Of a stretch of DNA of 64,000 bases, positions 1 to 10,812 are shown one piece after another. The translations under genes and the position numbers were made by a program. The notes beneath the pieces were generated by a model. The model saw only the letters and a program-made list of their open reading frames with translations. It made no database searches and was not told the origin of the DNA. The stretch covers positions 1,696,001-1,760,000 of the forward strand of contig CAWIAD010000002.1 of assembly GCA_963833985.1 (NCBI GenBank). Direction: 5' to 3'. Numbering within the stretch: the first letter of the stretch is position 1; every line of letters begins with the position of its first letter. This stretch comes from an uncultured Planctomycetaceae bacterium (GTDB taxonomy: Bacteria > Planctomycetota > Planctomycetia > Isosphaerales > Isosphaeraceae).

Positions 1-1007
1 GGGTCAACCTCTATGTCGCGCTCTGGAAAGGGCCGACCGAGGCCCAGTTGAAAACCCTCCGCGCCGCGGGCATGCCGGTGATCTGCGAGCAGAGCCGGGT
101 CGGGCTGTCGCACCGGGATGACCTGATCATCGTGGGCTGGATGCACGGGGACGAGCCCGACAACGCCCAGGAGATTGTGGATCGGTCCACCGGCAAGCGG
201 AGTTATGGCCCGCCGGTTCCCCCCGCGCGGATCGTGGCGGAATACCAGGCCATGCGCGCCGCGGACCCGACCCGGCCGATCATGCTCAACCTGGGGCAGG
301 GGGTCGCCAACGATGACTGGAAAGGCCGCGGCCCGGGTGCCAGCCTCGACGACTATCCGAAGTATGTGCGGGGCGCCGACATCGTCTCGTTCGACGTCTA
401 CCCCGTCGCGGGCCTTGAGCGTTCCGACGGCGATGAGCGTCTGTGGTACGTGGCCAGGGGGCTGGACCGGCTTGCGCGCTGGACCGGTCCGCGGCAACGC
501 GTCTGGAACTGCATCGAGTGCACGCACATCAGCAACCCGAAGGCCAGGGCCACGCCCCACCAGGTGCGGGCCGAGGTCTGGATGTCGCTCGTGCATGGCT
601 CGCGCGGGCTGATCTACTTCGTGCACCAGTTCCAGCCCAGCTTCAACGAGCACGCGCTGCTGGACGACCCCGAGATGCTGGCCGCGGTCACGGCGATCAA
701 TGGCCAGATCCGCGAGCTCGCCCCGGTTCTGAACAGGCCGCAGGTACCGGGCGTGGCGCGGGTGCGCCCGTCGAACCCCGAGGTTCCCATTGATCTGACG
801 GTGCGGCAGCAGGACGGCACGACGTACGTCTTCGCCGTCGGCATGCGCAACGCCCCGTGCCGGGGCGCGTTCGAGATCCGCGGACTGCCGTCGCAGGCGG
901 CCGCCGAGGTGCTGGGCGAGGGACGGCGCGTCCACGTCAAGGAGGGCCGGTTCGAGGATGACTTTCGGGCCTATGACGTGCATCTTTACAGGATCGGACG
1001 GGAGTGA
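1..1007 (+). CDS. Putative glycoside hydrolase-like TIM-barrel protein (beta-galactosidase-like), 5' end outside the window
   Basis: Frame is open from the window edge ([13 protein letters not shown]...). Motifs [18 protein letters not shown] and GSRGLIYF fit GH-A clan barrels. Confidence 0.55.
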   Translation, partial: VNLYVALWKGPTEAQLKTLRAAGMPVICEQSRVGLSHRDDLIIVGWMHGDEPDNAQEIVDRSTGKRSYGPPVPPARIVAEYQAMRAADPTRPIMLNLGQGVANDDWKGRGPGASLDDYPKYVRGADIVSFDVYPVAGLERSDGDERLWYVARGLDRLARWTGPRQRVWNCIECTHISNPKARATPHQVRAEVWMSLVHGSRGLIYFVHQFQPSFNEHALLDDPEMLAAVTAINGQIRELAPVLNRPQVPGVARVRPSNPEVPIDLTVRQQDGTTYVFAVGMRNAPCRGAFEIRGLPSQAAAEVLGEGRRVHVKEGRFEDDFRAYDVHLYRIGRE

Positions 1008-1107
1008 GCCCCTTGCAGCGATGCTCCGGCTGGTCCATGCTAGGAGAGTTCCCTCGCCCGGTTCGCACCCGCGACACACGCTTTCCTTTTCACGGGAGGC
1101 TTCGTCC

Positions 1108-2458
1108 ATGCGTGCCCCACTCATTGCGGAGGAGAGACGGCAACTCGCCGCGACGACGCGGCGCGGCTTTGCACAGGCCGCGGCCGGCTGTGCCCTCTCC
1201 GCGCTGGCCATGCCCACCATCGTCAGGGCCAGGAACCTCCCCGACAAACTCAACATCGCCCTGGTGGGCGTGGGCGGCCAGGGCGCGGATAACCACAGAA
1301 CGGTCGCCGCCGGCAACACCATCGTCGCGCTCTGCGACGTGGACGAGAACAGTCTGCGTGAAGCGGCGAAGACCAGCCCCGGTGCCCGAACCTTCCATGA
1401 CTTCCGCAAGATGCTCGATGAGCTGCACGGCCGGATCGACGCCGTGGTGGTGAGCACGCCCGATCATACGCACGCGGTGGTTGCGAAGTCGGCCATGGAG
1501 CTGGGCAAGCACGTCTACTGCGAGAAGCCGCTGGTGCACTCGATCCACGAGGCGCGGGTGCTGGCCGAGACGGCCCGGCGGCACAAGGTGGCAACCCAGA
1601 TGGGCAACACGGGGCACTCCAGCGAAGGCACGCGCCGCGTCGTGGAGGCGATCCAGGCCGGCGCGATCGGGCCGGTGCGCGAGGTCCACGCCTGGTCCAA
1701 CCGCCCGATCTGGCCGCAGGGGATCGACCGTCCCGCCGATCGCCCGCCCGTCCCCCGGCGCTGCACTGGGACCTCTGGCTTGGCCCCGCGCCCGAACGGG
1801 CCTACAACCCGGCCTACCATCCTTTCAAGTGGCGCGGCTGGTGGGATTTCGGCACCGGCGCCCTCGGCGACATGGGTTGCCACATCATCGATGCGGCATT
1901 CTGGGCATCGACCTGATCGATCCTCACGCGATCGAGGCGGAGAGCCCGCCGATCTCGCCGCATCCGGAAACCGCTCCCGCATGGTCGATCGTCCGCTACG
2001 AATTCGCGGCACGCGGTAACCGACCGGCGCTCAAGCTCTTCTGGTACGACGGCGGCAAGCTTCCTCCGGCCGAACTGTTCGACGGGCACGTGCCGGGGAA
2101 GGATGCCAACGGCAGCCTCTTCGTGGGCGAGAAGGGACGGCTGCTGGTCGGCGGCGATCGCGGCCGCGGCTACCGGCTGCTGCCCGAGGCGCAGTTCGGC
2201 GGCTACGCCCCGCCCAGGGCGACGCTCCCGCGCTCGCCCGGCCATCACGCCGAGTGGATTGAAGCCTGCAAGACGGGCAAGCCGACGGGCACGAACTTCG
2301 ACTATGCCTCGAAGTTGACCGAACTGGTCCTCCTGGGCAACGTCGCTCTCCGCGCGGGGCGGCCGATCACCTGGGATGCGGCCGCCATGAAGGTCACGAG
2401 CGGTGCGCAGGACGATCTTTACATCGAGCGCGACTATCGCCCGGGCTGGGCACTGTGA
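1108..2458 (+). CDS. Gfo/Idh/MocA family oxidoreductase with Tat signal; two frameshifts (~1755, ~1905)
   Basis: TRRGF Tat motif, GVGGQG, STPDHTH and [16 protein letters not shown]...[12 protein letters not shown] is in a second frame, and the C-terminus ([10 protein letters not shown]...LLGNVA) in a third. Confidence 0.9.
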
Positions 2459-2466
2459 GCAAGCCA

Positions 2467-2952
2467 ATGGCCAAGCGAGTGACCGAGTTGAAGGTCAACG
2501 GACGGACCTGTCCCGTGGACGCCGAAGCTGAGAGAAGCCTGCTCAGCGTGCTGCGTGACGACCTGCAATTGACGGGGTCGAAATACGGCTGTGGCGAGGG
2601 CAAGTGTGGCGCGTGCACGGTGCTCATCGACGGCCTGCCGGCGCACTCCTGCACCACCCGGATGTCGGCCGCCGCCGGCCGGTCGATCACCACCATCGAG
2701 GGCCTGGAGCAGAACGGCCGGCTGCATCCGCTCCAGCAAGCCTTCCTTGACCAGGGCGCGTTCCAGTGTGCCTACTGCACGCCCGGCATGATCATGGCCG
2801 GCGTGGGGCTGCTCTCCAGCCACTCCGATCCCACCGAGCCGGAAATCGTCGAGGCGATGCATGGCAACGTCTGCCGGTGCGGCACGTATCCCCGGATCAT
2901 CGCGGCGATTCGCCAGGCCGCCGGGTTCATGAAGAAGGAGGCCAGCCGATGA
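2467..2952 (+). CDS. [2Fe-2S]-binding small subunit of a xanthine dehydrogenase/isoquinoline oxidoreductase family enzyme
   Basis: KYGCGEGKCGACTVL, FQCAYCTPG and NVCRCGTY motifs. Confidence 0.93.
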   Translation: MAKRVTELKVNGRTCPVDAEAERSLLSVLRDDLQLTGSKYGCGEGKCGACTVLIDGLPAHSCTTRMSAAAGRSITTIEGLEQNGRLHPLQQAFLDQGAFQCAYCTPGMIMAGVGLLSSHSDPTEPEIVEAMHGNVCRCGTYPRIIAAIRQAAGFMKKEASR

Positions 2953-5198
2953 ATCCACGTATTGCACACGATGGAGCCGCCACTCCCGAGGCGGCTGGCA
3001 TCCAGGAGCTGGAACCGGGCCTGGAGCAGGAACTGGCGCTGGAACCGGAGCGTTATGAATTCCGCGAGCCGGGCTGGGACTTCAACCTGGGCCGGCGCGA
3101 TTTTCTGAAGGTCCTCGGCGGCGGCTTGCTGGTGCTCTGCCTGGGCCGGGACGACGAGGCTCAGGAGTCTGGCCGTCCCGGGCGTCGCGGGGGCGGAGGC
3201 CCGCAGCGCGGGGGTGGGGAGGTTCCGCGGCAGATCGACGCCTGGCTCCATATCGGCGAGGACGGCGTCGTGACGGCCGCGACCGGCAAGGTCGAGGTTG
3301 GCCAGAACGCCCGCACCTCGCTGACCCAGGCCGTGGCGGACGAGCTGCGCCTACCGATCGACTCGGTCCGGATGCTCATGGGCGACACCGATCACGTTCC
3401 CTACGACATGGGCACCTTCGGCAGCCGGACCACACCAACGATGGTGCCGCAACTGCGGCGGGCCGCGGCCGCGGCGCGGAGCGTGCTGCTCAAGCTGGCC
3501 GCCGAAACCTGGAACGTGGACCGCTCAGCGCTCGAGCTGGCCGGCGGCAAGGTGGCACATCCGGCAAGCGGACGAAGTGCCGGCTTCGGTGAGCTGACAC
3601 ACGGCCGCAAGCTCGTGGAGACCATCGGTGAAGACGCGGCCGTCATGCCGGCCACGGAGTGGAAGGTCGCCGGGCAGTCGGTGCCGAAGGTCGACGGCCG
3701 CTCGTTCGTGACCGGCCGGCATCGCTACACGACCGACCAGGAGCGGCCGGGGATGCTCCGTGGCAAGGTATTGCGCCCGCCGGCGCTCGGCGCCAGTCTG
3801 GCCAGCATGGACAGCTCGGCCGCCGAGGCGATGCCCGGTGTGAAGGTTGTCCGGGACGGCGATTTCGTCGGCGTGGTGGCTCCCTCCGAGCACGCCGCGG
3901 AGCAAGCCATCAAGGCGCTTCGCCCGGAATGGAAACCGGGCTCGTCCCCCGCCTGCTCGGATCGCGATCTGGCCGTGTTTCTGAAGGCCCATCCCGAAGC
4001 GAGCGGCCAGGGCTACGGCAACCGCTCCGCGAGCCAGAGCGGATCGGTCAAGAGCGAACTGGCGTCCGCGCACGCGAAGGTGGAGGCCAGCTACACGGTC
4101 GCCTACATTGCCCACGCACCGCTGGAGCCCCGCGCCGCGGTGGCCGAGTGGAACGGCGACCACCTGACGGTCTGGACGGGAACCCAGCGCCCGTTCGGCG
4201 CCCGCTCGGAGCTGGCCCAGGCGTTTCACATGCCCGAGGAGCGCATTCGCGTGCTGGTTCCGGACACCGGCAGCGGTTACGGAGGCAAGCACACCAACGA
4301 GGCCGCGGTCGAGGCCGCGCGGTTGGCCCATGCCGCGGGCAAGCCCGTGAAGCTGGTGTGGACGCGCGAGGAGGAATTCACCTGGGCCTACTTCCGCCCC
4401 GCCGGGCTGATCGAGACCGCGGCCGGCATCGACAAGGACGGTAAGCTCGTCGCCTGGGAGTTCCACAATTACAATTCGGGGGGTTCGGGACTGAACAGTC
4501 CCTACAAGGTGCCGAGCCGCCGGGAGGCCTTCCAGGCGACGGCCTCACCCCTCCGGCAAGGCTCGTATCGTGCCCTGGCGGCCACGGCGAACCACTTCGC
4601 CCGCGAGTCCCTCATGGACGAACTGGCCCATGCCGCGGGGCTCGACCCGCTCGAGTTCCGGCTGCGGAACCTCCAGAACGACCGGCTCCGCGCCGTCTTC
4701 GAGGATGCAGCCTCCCGGTTCGGTTGGGGCAAGAATCCGCCGTCTCCGGGGCACGGCTACGGGATTGCGGGAGGTGCCGAGAAGGGGGGCTACATCGCCA
4801 CCTGCGCCGAGGTGGCCGTGGAGAAGAGCTCGGGCGCGGTCCGGGTTGTCCGCGCTGTCTCCGCCTTCGAGTGCGGCGCGATCGTCAACCCCGATCACCT
4901 GCGCAACCAGGTGGAAGGCTGCCTGATCCAGGGCATTGGCCCGGCGCTCTTCGAGGCCATCCGGTTCGAGAGCAACAAGGTTACCAATGCCCGGTTCTCG
5001 CGCTATCCGGTTCCCCGTTTTGGTGACATTCCCCAGATTGACATTGTCCTGCGGAACCGCAAGGACCTGCCGGCGGCCGGCGCGGGTGAGATTCCCATCA
5101 TCGCCATCGCCCCGGCGATTGCCAACGCCATCTTCGCCGCCACCGGCGTCCGCCTGCGGTCCATGCCGCTGGTGCCCGATGGAGTGGTCAAGGCATAA
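2949..5198 (+). CDS. Molybdopterin-binding large subunit, IorB-like, with Tat motif
   Basis: RRDFLK Tat motif, KVEVGQ, GTFGSRT, HAPLEP, GSGYGGK and GAGEIP...APAIANAIFAATGVRLRSMP. ATG overlaps the upstream stop (ATGA). Confidence 0.92.
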   Translation: MNPRIAHDGAATPEAAGIQELEPGLEQELALEPERYEFREPGWDFNLGRRDFLKVLGGGLLVLCLGRDDEAQESGRPGRRGGGGPQRGGGEVPRQIDAWLHIGEDGVVTAATGKVEVGQNARTSLTQAVADELRLPIDSVRMLMGDTDHVPYDMGTFGSRTTPTMVPQLRRAAAAARSVLLKLAAETWNVDRSALELAGGKVAHPASGRSAGFGELTHGRKLVETIGEDAAVMPATEWKVAGQSVPKVDGRSFVTGRHRYTTDQERPGMLRGKVLRPPALGASLASMDSSAAEAMPGVKVVRDGDFVGVVAPSEHAAEQAIKALRPEWKPGSSPACSDRDLAVFLKAHPEASGQGYGNRSASQSGSVKSELASAHAKVEASYTVAYIAHAPLEPRAAVAEWNGDHLTVWTGTQRPFGARSELAQAFHMPEERIRVLVPDTGSGYGGKHTNEAAVEAARLAHAAGKPVKLVWTREEEFTWAYFRPAGLIETAAGIDKDGKLVAWEFHNYNSGGSGLNSPYKVPSRREAFQATASPLRQGSYRALAATANHFARESLMDELAHAAGLDPLEFRLRNLQNDRLRAVFEDAASRFGWGKNPPSPGHGYGIAGGAEKGGYIATCAEVAVEKSSGAVRVVRAVSAFECGAIVNPDHLRNQVEGCLIQGIGPALFEAIRFESNKVTNARFSRYPVPRFGDIPQIDIVLRNRKDLPAAGAGEIPIIAIAPAIANAIFAATGVRLRSMPLVPDGVVKA

Positions 5199-5262
5199 GG
5201 AAATGCCGATCATCGCTGCCCATCGAACAGGGCCGGGACGGCGCATGCAACGACCGTTGACG

Positions 5263-6049
5263 TCACTGCGCCGTCCAGCCTCCATCGACCGCGATGGTCT
5301 GGCCGCGGATCGGATCAGCCGCCGAACTGCATAGAAAGAGGACGAGGTCGCCAATCTGCTCGGGTGTGACGAACGTCCCGGACGGCTGCTTCTCGGCGAG
5401 CAGGGCGATCCGGGCCTGATCAAAGGTCTTCCCCTCGGCCCTGGCGCGGGCCTGAATCTGGGCCTCGACCAGCGGCGTCAGCACCCATCCCGGGGCGATG
5501 GCGTTCACGGTCACGCCCGTGGCTGCCGTCTCCAGCGCGGCGACCTTGGTCAGGCCCACCACCCCGTGCTTCGAGGCAACGTATGCCGCCTTATGAATCG
5601 ATGCAACGAGGCCGTGCACCGAGGCAATATTGATGATGCGGCCCCAGTTCCGTGCGAGCATTCCCGGCAGCACGGCCCGCGTGCAATGAAAGACGGCGGA
5701 GAGATTGAGGGCCAGTAAGTCATCCCAGCGATCCGCGGGGAACTCGGTGATCGGCGCCACGTGCTGGACGCCGGCGTTGTTCACCAGGATGTCCACGGTT
5801 CCCAGGGTTTTCTCGGCTTGCCGGATGAGGTCCTGGATCTCTCCGGGCCGGGTCAGGTCGGCACCATGGAAGCTCACCTCCGTCTTGAATTGCTCGGCAA
5901 GCCGCGCGTGCCCCTTCGATGGCGACGGGATCGCCCAGGCCGTTCAGCATGATACGGCATCCCGCGGACGCCAGCTTCGCGGCGATGCCCAGACCGATGC
6001 CGCTGGTCGAGCCCGTCACCAGAGCGGCTTTCCCGGTCAGGCTGGACAT
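5263..6049 (-). CDS. bdhA: D-3-hydroxybutyrate dehydrogenase (SDR); one frameshift near 5900
   Basis: VTGSTSGIGLG N-terminus in one frame; NNAGVQHVAPI, SVHGLVAS, YVASKHG, PGWVLTPLV and DGGWTAQ in the next. Confidence 0.9.
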
Positions 6050-6092
6050 GGCGGGCAGTCTCCTGTGGCGGCTTTTCCGGTCAGGCTCTGGA

Positions 6093-6752
6093 TCAGTCCA
6101 GCACCATTTCGGGAACACAACCGGGGACAATCAGCGCCGCGGCCGTGGCGGCGCGGACGTCCTCGACCGAGACACCGGGCGCCGTCTCGCGGAGCAACAG
6201 GCCCTCGGGCGTCGGCTCGATGACGGCCAGGTCGGTGACGATGAGGTCCACCGTCCGGAGCGACGTGAGCGGAAGGTCGCACTGCTCGACGATCTTGGAG
6301 TAGCCTTTGGCGGTATGGACCATGGCGACGATGACCTTGCGGGCCCCGGTGACCAGGTCCATGGCCCCGCCCATTCCCGGCACGAGCATTCCGGGGATCA
6401 GCCAGTTGGCAAGCCGCCCCCGGGCATCAACCTGGAGGCCGCCGAGCACGGTGAGGTCGAGATGTCCGCCGCGGATCAGGCCGAACGAAAAGGCGCTGTC
6501 GAAGCTGGCCGCGCCCGGGACGGCGGTGATGAAGCCGCCTCCGGCATCGACGAGGTTCGGGTTTTCCAGGCCCTTTGGCGGTCGCGGGCCCACGCCGGCC
6601 ATTCCGTTCTCCGTGTGGAAGAGCACCCGTCTACCCGGCGGCAGGTAGGCGGTCACCAGGGTGGGCAGGCCGATGCCCAGGTTCACCAGGGCCCCCTGGG
6701 GGATCTCTCTGGCCACGCGGCGAGCGATGATTTCCTTGGCGGGCCGGGTCAT
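6093..6752 (-). CDS. 3-oxoacid CoA-transferase subunit B
   Basis: VNLGIGLPT, HTENG (catalytic Glu), GGHLDLTVLGGLQVD and GMGGAMDL. Confidence 0.93.
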   Translation of the reverse strand: MTRPAKEIIARRVAREIPQGALVNLGIGLPTLVTAYLPPGRRVLFHTENGMAGVGPRPPKGLENPNLVDAGGGFITAVPGAASFDSAFSFGLIRGGHLDLTVLGGLQVDARGRLANWLIPGMLVPGMGGAMDLVTGARKVIVAMVHTAKGYSKIVEQCDLPLTSLRTVDLIVTDLAVIEPTPEGLLLRETAPGVSVEDVRAATAAALIVPGCVPEMVLD

Positions 6753-6754
6753 GG

Positions 6755-7402
6755 TCAGTTCTCCAGCAAGAAGTCGACCAGCACGCCGGGCGTGCGTACC
6801 GCGTCCGGCGAAATGGCGCCCGTGGGCACGATCTCGTCGGCCTCGGCAATCACCGTTTGCGCCGCGGTGGCCATGAGTGGGTTGAAGTTCTGGGCCGTGA
6901 ACGCATAGCTGAGGTTGCCGGAGTGATCGGCCTGATGGGCGCGAATCAGGGCAAAGTCGGCCCGGAGCGGCTTCTCGAGCAACCAGGTGACGCCGTCGAT
7001 CTCCAGCGTGGTCTTGCCGCTGGCAACCATGGTTCCCAGCCCGGTCCGGGTGAGCACACCGCCCAGCCCGAACCCGCCGGCCCGGACCCGCTCGGCGAGC
7101 GTCCCCTGCGGCACGAGCTCGACCTCGAGCGCGCCGGCGATCATCTGCCGCTGGGTGTCCGGGTTGGCTCCGATGTGCGAGGTCACCAGGCGCCGGACCC
7201 CGCCGCTCGCAATCAGCTTGCCGACGCTGACGCCGGGAAATCCCGTGTCGTTGGTGATCATCGTGAGGCCCTTGCGACCCGAGACGGCAAGAGCCTGGAT
7301 CAACCGCTGCGGCGTGCCGACGTCAAAGAACCCGCCGATCATCACGGTTGCCCCGTCGGGAATCAGGGCCACGGCGGCATTGAGGGTGATCAGAGTGGTC
7401 AT
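6755..7402 (-). CDS. 3-oxoacid CoA-transferase subunit A
   Basis: DGATVMIGGF, SHIGANP, PQGTLAERVRAGGFG and NFNPLMA. The real start is ATG at 7402, inside the longer listed ORF. Confidence 0.92.
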   Translation of the reverse strand: MTTLITLNAAVALIPDGATVMIGGFFDVGTPQRLIQALAVSGRKGLTMITNDTGFPGVSVGKLIASGGVRRLVTSHIGANPDTQRQMIAGALEVELVPQGTLAERVRAGGFGLGGVLTRTGLGTMVASGKTTLEIDGVTWLLEKPLRADFALIRAHQADHSGNLSYAFTAQNFNPLMATAAQTVIAEADEIVPTGAISPDAVRTPGVLVDFLLEN

Positions 7403-7500
7403 CGAGGCCTCGAAGTCGAGCGCGGATCGCCGTGATGGATGGACCCGAAGCAGCACGGAATCGCACCATTCTACCGGCGATTCGAGCGACGTCGATGGTC

Positions 7501-8451
7501 CTACCCGGCGGGTGCGAATTGCAGAAGGGCCCGAGTCAAACGCTGCCGCAGCTCCTCGGCCTGTTCCGGAGTCCACTCGTGAAAACCACGCCCCGTCTTG
7601 ACTCCGAGGTCGCCAGCGCGAACCTTCGCAGCCAGCAGTTCCGGGATCGGCGCCGCGGAGCGGTCCGGGCCGGTCAGGACCGGGAAGATCTGCTCGGCGA
7701 CGGCCATGATCGTGTCCAGCCCCCCCAGGTCGAACACCTCGAACGGCCCGGCCGCGGCGAGCCTGCGGCCGAAACCCGATTTCACGACCTGGTCGACGGC
7801 CTCCGGGTCCGCGATGCCCTCTGCCACGATCGCCAGCGCCTCGCGAAAGAGTGCGAACTGGAGCCGGTTGCCCACAAATCCCGTGGCTTCCTGCTTGAGC
7901 ACCACAGGCATTTTGCCGATCCGCCGCAGCAGCTCCTCGACCCGCGAGACCGTCTCTTCGGATGTCTCCGGACCCGGCACGATTTCCACCAGGGGGAGCA
8001 GGTATGGCGGGTTGAAGTAATGCGCCACCAGCAGACGGTCCGGGCAGGGAACCGCCTCGGCCAGGCGGCTGGGCATGAAGCTGGAGGTATTGCTGGCGAG
8101 AATCGCGTGGCTTTCGCAGAGCCCGCCGAGCGAGCGCAGCAAGGCGTGCTTTGCGTCGAGGTCCTCGAAGATGGCCTCCACGATCAGGTCGGCTCCGGAG
8201 ACGGTCCACGGCAGGTCCGTGCTCGTGTGGATCGCTGCCACGGCCTGATTGATCCGGGCCGCGTCGCATCTACCCAGTTCCGCCAGCCGGCTCAGATTGG
8301 CGCGGATGCCGCCGAGTGCGCTTTGAAGCCGCTCTTCGCTCAGGTCATGGAGCCGGAGTTCGTGGCCTGCCAGGGCAAACTCCTGGGCGATGCCGTGGCC
8401 CATGAGCCCCGCGCCAATGACGGCGATGCGCTCGATTCGCGATTGACCCAT
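7501..8451 (-). CDS. 3-hydroxyacyl-CoA (3-hydroxybutyryl-CoA) dehydrogenase
   Basis: GAGLMGHGIA, EAIFED, ASNTSS, HYFNPP, GFVGNRLQ and GVKTGRGF. Confidence 0.92.
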   Translation of the reverse strand: MGQSRIERIAVIGAGLMGHGIAQEFALAGHELRLHDLSEERLQSALGGIRANLSRLAELGRCDAARINQAVAAIHTSTDLPWTVSGADLIVEAIFEDLDAKHALLRSLGGLCESHAILASNTSSFMPSRLAEAVPCPDRLLVAHYFNPPYLLPLVEIVPGPETSEETVSRVEELLRRIGKMPVVLKQEATGFVGNRLQFALFREALAIVAEGIADPEAVDQVVKSGFGRRLAAAGPFEVFDLGGLDTIMAVAEQIFPVLTGPDRSAAPIPELLAAKVRAGDLGVKTGRGFHEWTPEQAEELRQRLTRALLQFAPAG

Positions 8452-8868
8452 GGGATCAACTCCATCCGACGCTCACGACCCTGGCTCACGCTTGAGCCGC
8501 TCGGCTATTCTACCAGCAGGCAACCCGTTGTCATCGGACGGTGCCCCAGCGGCCCTGGTGCGCTGCCTCGACGGTCCATTCTCTCAGACGGGCTGAACCG
8601 TGATCCCCACGAGTGGCCATGGAGCGCGGAACTGGAGGCACGGTGGAGATGAGGGACGAGAGCGTCGAAGCTGCTGCGGTCCGCGGGAGGCGAGGACCGG
8701 CTCGATCGAGTCCGCTCGGGGACCCTATCAGGGCGTGCCGGGACGTGGTTCCTGGCTTTGTGCTGGGACGAATTCCGACGATGTTGCGTTGAACGCCGGC
8801 GCGCGGGCCTCACGAAGGGCGCGTCTCGGGGGGCCGGAGTTGAGCTGCATTTCAGCGATGCGGCGAAG

Positions 8869-9522
8869 CTATTTCTTGCCGCCAGCCAGGAGCTTCCCTG
8901 TCTTGCGGTCCCAGCGGACGGTTCGCACGGCGAGGTGATGCTCACCGTGGCAGCTAGTGCACTCGATGCTCTTCATGTCTGTGGACTTTGATGATTTCTC
9001 CAGGAAGCGCTGGACCACGGCCCTGGGCTCGACGTCGTGGCCGTCGTGGCAGCGAGCGCATGAGCCATCGATCGAGCCGGCGGCGAACATGCGGTCGGGT
9101 GGGATGACGTTGGCCTCATCGTTCCGATGTGCGATGGACGGGCCGTGGCACGACGTGCAACTGACGGCGTGGCTCGCGTGCGTCGCGGCGAGATTCTCTT
9201 TACGGAAATTGGCATGGCAGACCAGGCAGGCGGTGTTGTCTGCCAGTTTCTGCGCGGAGCCCGGTGGGACGGGCCGGGTGGGGGCGGGGGCATCGAGATG
9301 AAGCGGCCCATCCTCATCGAGCTCGAGCGGAGGCGGTTTCGACGGCTGGCCCGGTGGGGTCGAGACTGGCGCTCCGGTGGCCTTGCTGGTACTGGTACTC
9401 GTGATGGTGGATGGCACCTGCTGGGACCGCACCTGCGCCACGCCCAGCAAGCTCACGGAGCAGAGAAGCGAGGCCGCGCCGGCGACAAACCAGCCGATGC
9501 CTTTACGAGCAGGCGAACACAT
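8869..9522 (-). CDS. Exported tetraheme cytochrome c (c3-like)
   Basis: Signal peptide, Pro/Thr linker and four CxxCH motifs (CLVCH, CTSCH, CARCH, CTSCH). Confidence 0.85.
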   Translation of the reverse strand: MCSPARKGIGWFVAGAASLLCSVSLLGVAQVRSQQVPSTITSTSTSKATGAPVSTPPGQPSKPPPLELDEDGPLHLDAPAPTRPVPPGSAQKLADNTACLVCHANFRKENLAATHASHAVSCTSCHGPSIAHRNDEANVIPPDRMFAAGSIDGSCARCHDGHDVEPRAVVQRFLEKSSKSTDMKSIECTSCHGEHHLAVRTVRWDRKTGKLLAGGKK

Positions 9523-9588
9523 GAAGATCTCTCCGGCGCGGTCCCCACAAGCAAGCCGCGAGTGATAAATGGACGCGGGATGAGTCGA

Positions 9589-10692
9589 TCAAATGATCTC
9601 CCAGTCGCGCAGCCAGTGGTAATCAGCGGGCAAGTCCGCCCACGCGCGGTTCATGGCGGCCTTCAGCTCCGCTTGCTCGGACTCGTCCAGCATGCGCCGC
9701 TCCTTGATCGCGAGCGCCACGTTGTCCACCTGTTTCACGCTGATGAGGCCGGGAATCGGCGCGGTGATTGCGGGGTTGCAGAGCACGTAGCGAATCGCCA
9801 GGCGGGCCAGGCGGTTGTCTTCCTTGAAGGTCGGGCTCGACGGCGAGCTGTCCCCCTTGAACAGGGAGTTGCTGGCGAACGGCTTGATTCCGAACCAGCC
9901 GACGTCGTGTTTCTTGATCGCGGACCAGAGGCCCGACTCGTCGGTCACCACCTTGGTGTCGGCCGTGTAGGGCGTGAGGACCACCTGGATCTGGTCCGGG
10001 TACTTCTCGATCATGGACCTGATATGCGGCCTGTGGTGCGACGAGATGCCGGTGAACCGAGCTCGACCCGTCTTCCGGGCCCAATCAAGCGCGGCCACGG
10101 CTTCCTCGATCTCCGCGGATGTGTGCTGAATGCTCTGTTCGAGCAGCGTGATGCGCCACAGATCAACATGTTCGAGCCCCGCCTGCTTCATCCCCTGATC
10201 GAGCGTCTGCATCAGCCTGGTACGCGATCGCCACAGGGGGAAACGGCTCTCCTGTTCGTACCAGGAGAACCCGAAATGGATCTGGCTGCGCCGGCTCTTG
10301 AGCACCTTTGCATAGGTCATGACTTCCGCGGAACAGCAGGCGTCGATGTAGTTGATGCCGCGATCGATGCAGCGGTTCAACACATCGGCCCGGTTCCGCA
10401 GGAACTCGGAGCTGCCGAGGTCCTGCGACAGCCAGCCGTGGTTGGCGGCGTTGCCGACCATGGTGTCAACCCGCTTCCAGTGGCCGCCCATCGCCACGGC
10501 GGAGACCATCAGCCCGGTCTTGCCCAGCCGCCGGTATTCCATGTCCGGGTTGTAGTTGAGGATCTTGCTGGTGTCCGCATTGCTGGGATCGCCGGCCCGG
10601 ACGATGGATGCGGAGGCCAGTCCCGATGCCAGTGCGACGGCCGCGACCGCGCCTTCCTGAACGAAGTCCCTGCGCGTGAGGTTGTCTGTCAT
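9589..10692 (-). CDS. Aldo/keto reductase-fold protein with Tat signal and a non-canonical active site
   Basis: TRRDFV Tat motif, MEYRRLGKTGLMVSAVAMG, GINYID, GRARFTGISSH and AIRYVLCNPAITAPIPG. Confidence 0.85.
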   Translation of the reverse strand: MTDNLTRRDFVQEGAVAAVALASGLASASIVRAGDPSNADTSKILNYNPDMEYRRLGKTGLMVSAVAMGGHWKRVDTMVGNAANHGWLSQDLGSSEFLRNRADVLNRCIDRGINYIDACCSAEVMTYAKVLKSRRSQIHFGFSWYEQESRFPLWRSRTRLMQTLDQGMKQAGLEHVDLWRITLLEQSIQHTSAEIEEAVAALDWARKTGRARFTGISSHHRPHIRSMIEKYPDQIQVVLTPYTADTKVVTDESGLWSAIKKHDVGWFGIKPFASNSLFKGDSSPSSPTFKEDNRLARLAIRYVLCNPAITAPIPGLISVKQVDNVALAIKERRMLDESEQAELKAAMNRAWADLPADYHWLRDWEII

Positions 10693-10760
10693 GGGCGGGA
10701 TCCTTTGCAGCGCCGCGATCGCCACCGCGACCGGGTCCTGGTCGCGGAGCGGTCCGGAAC

Positions 10761-10812
10761 AAAAGAAAAAGCCCCACGGCGCACGGAGGTTACGTTGTGC
10801 GCGTCGCAGGGC
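10761..10812 (-). terminator. Intrinsic terminator-like hairpin about 70 nt upstream of the AKR start
   Basis: Minus strand: GCCCTGCG-AC-GCGCAC, 12-nt loop, GTGCGC-CGTGGGGC, then TTTTTCTTTT. G-U pairs fit the minus-strand RNA. Confidence 0.75.

Noticed and set aside
6755..8269. 504-aa fusion N-terminal to the CoA-transferase A subunit
   Set aside because: The extension is an alternative frame of the dehydrogenase gene; the real start is ATG 7402.
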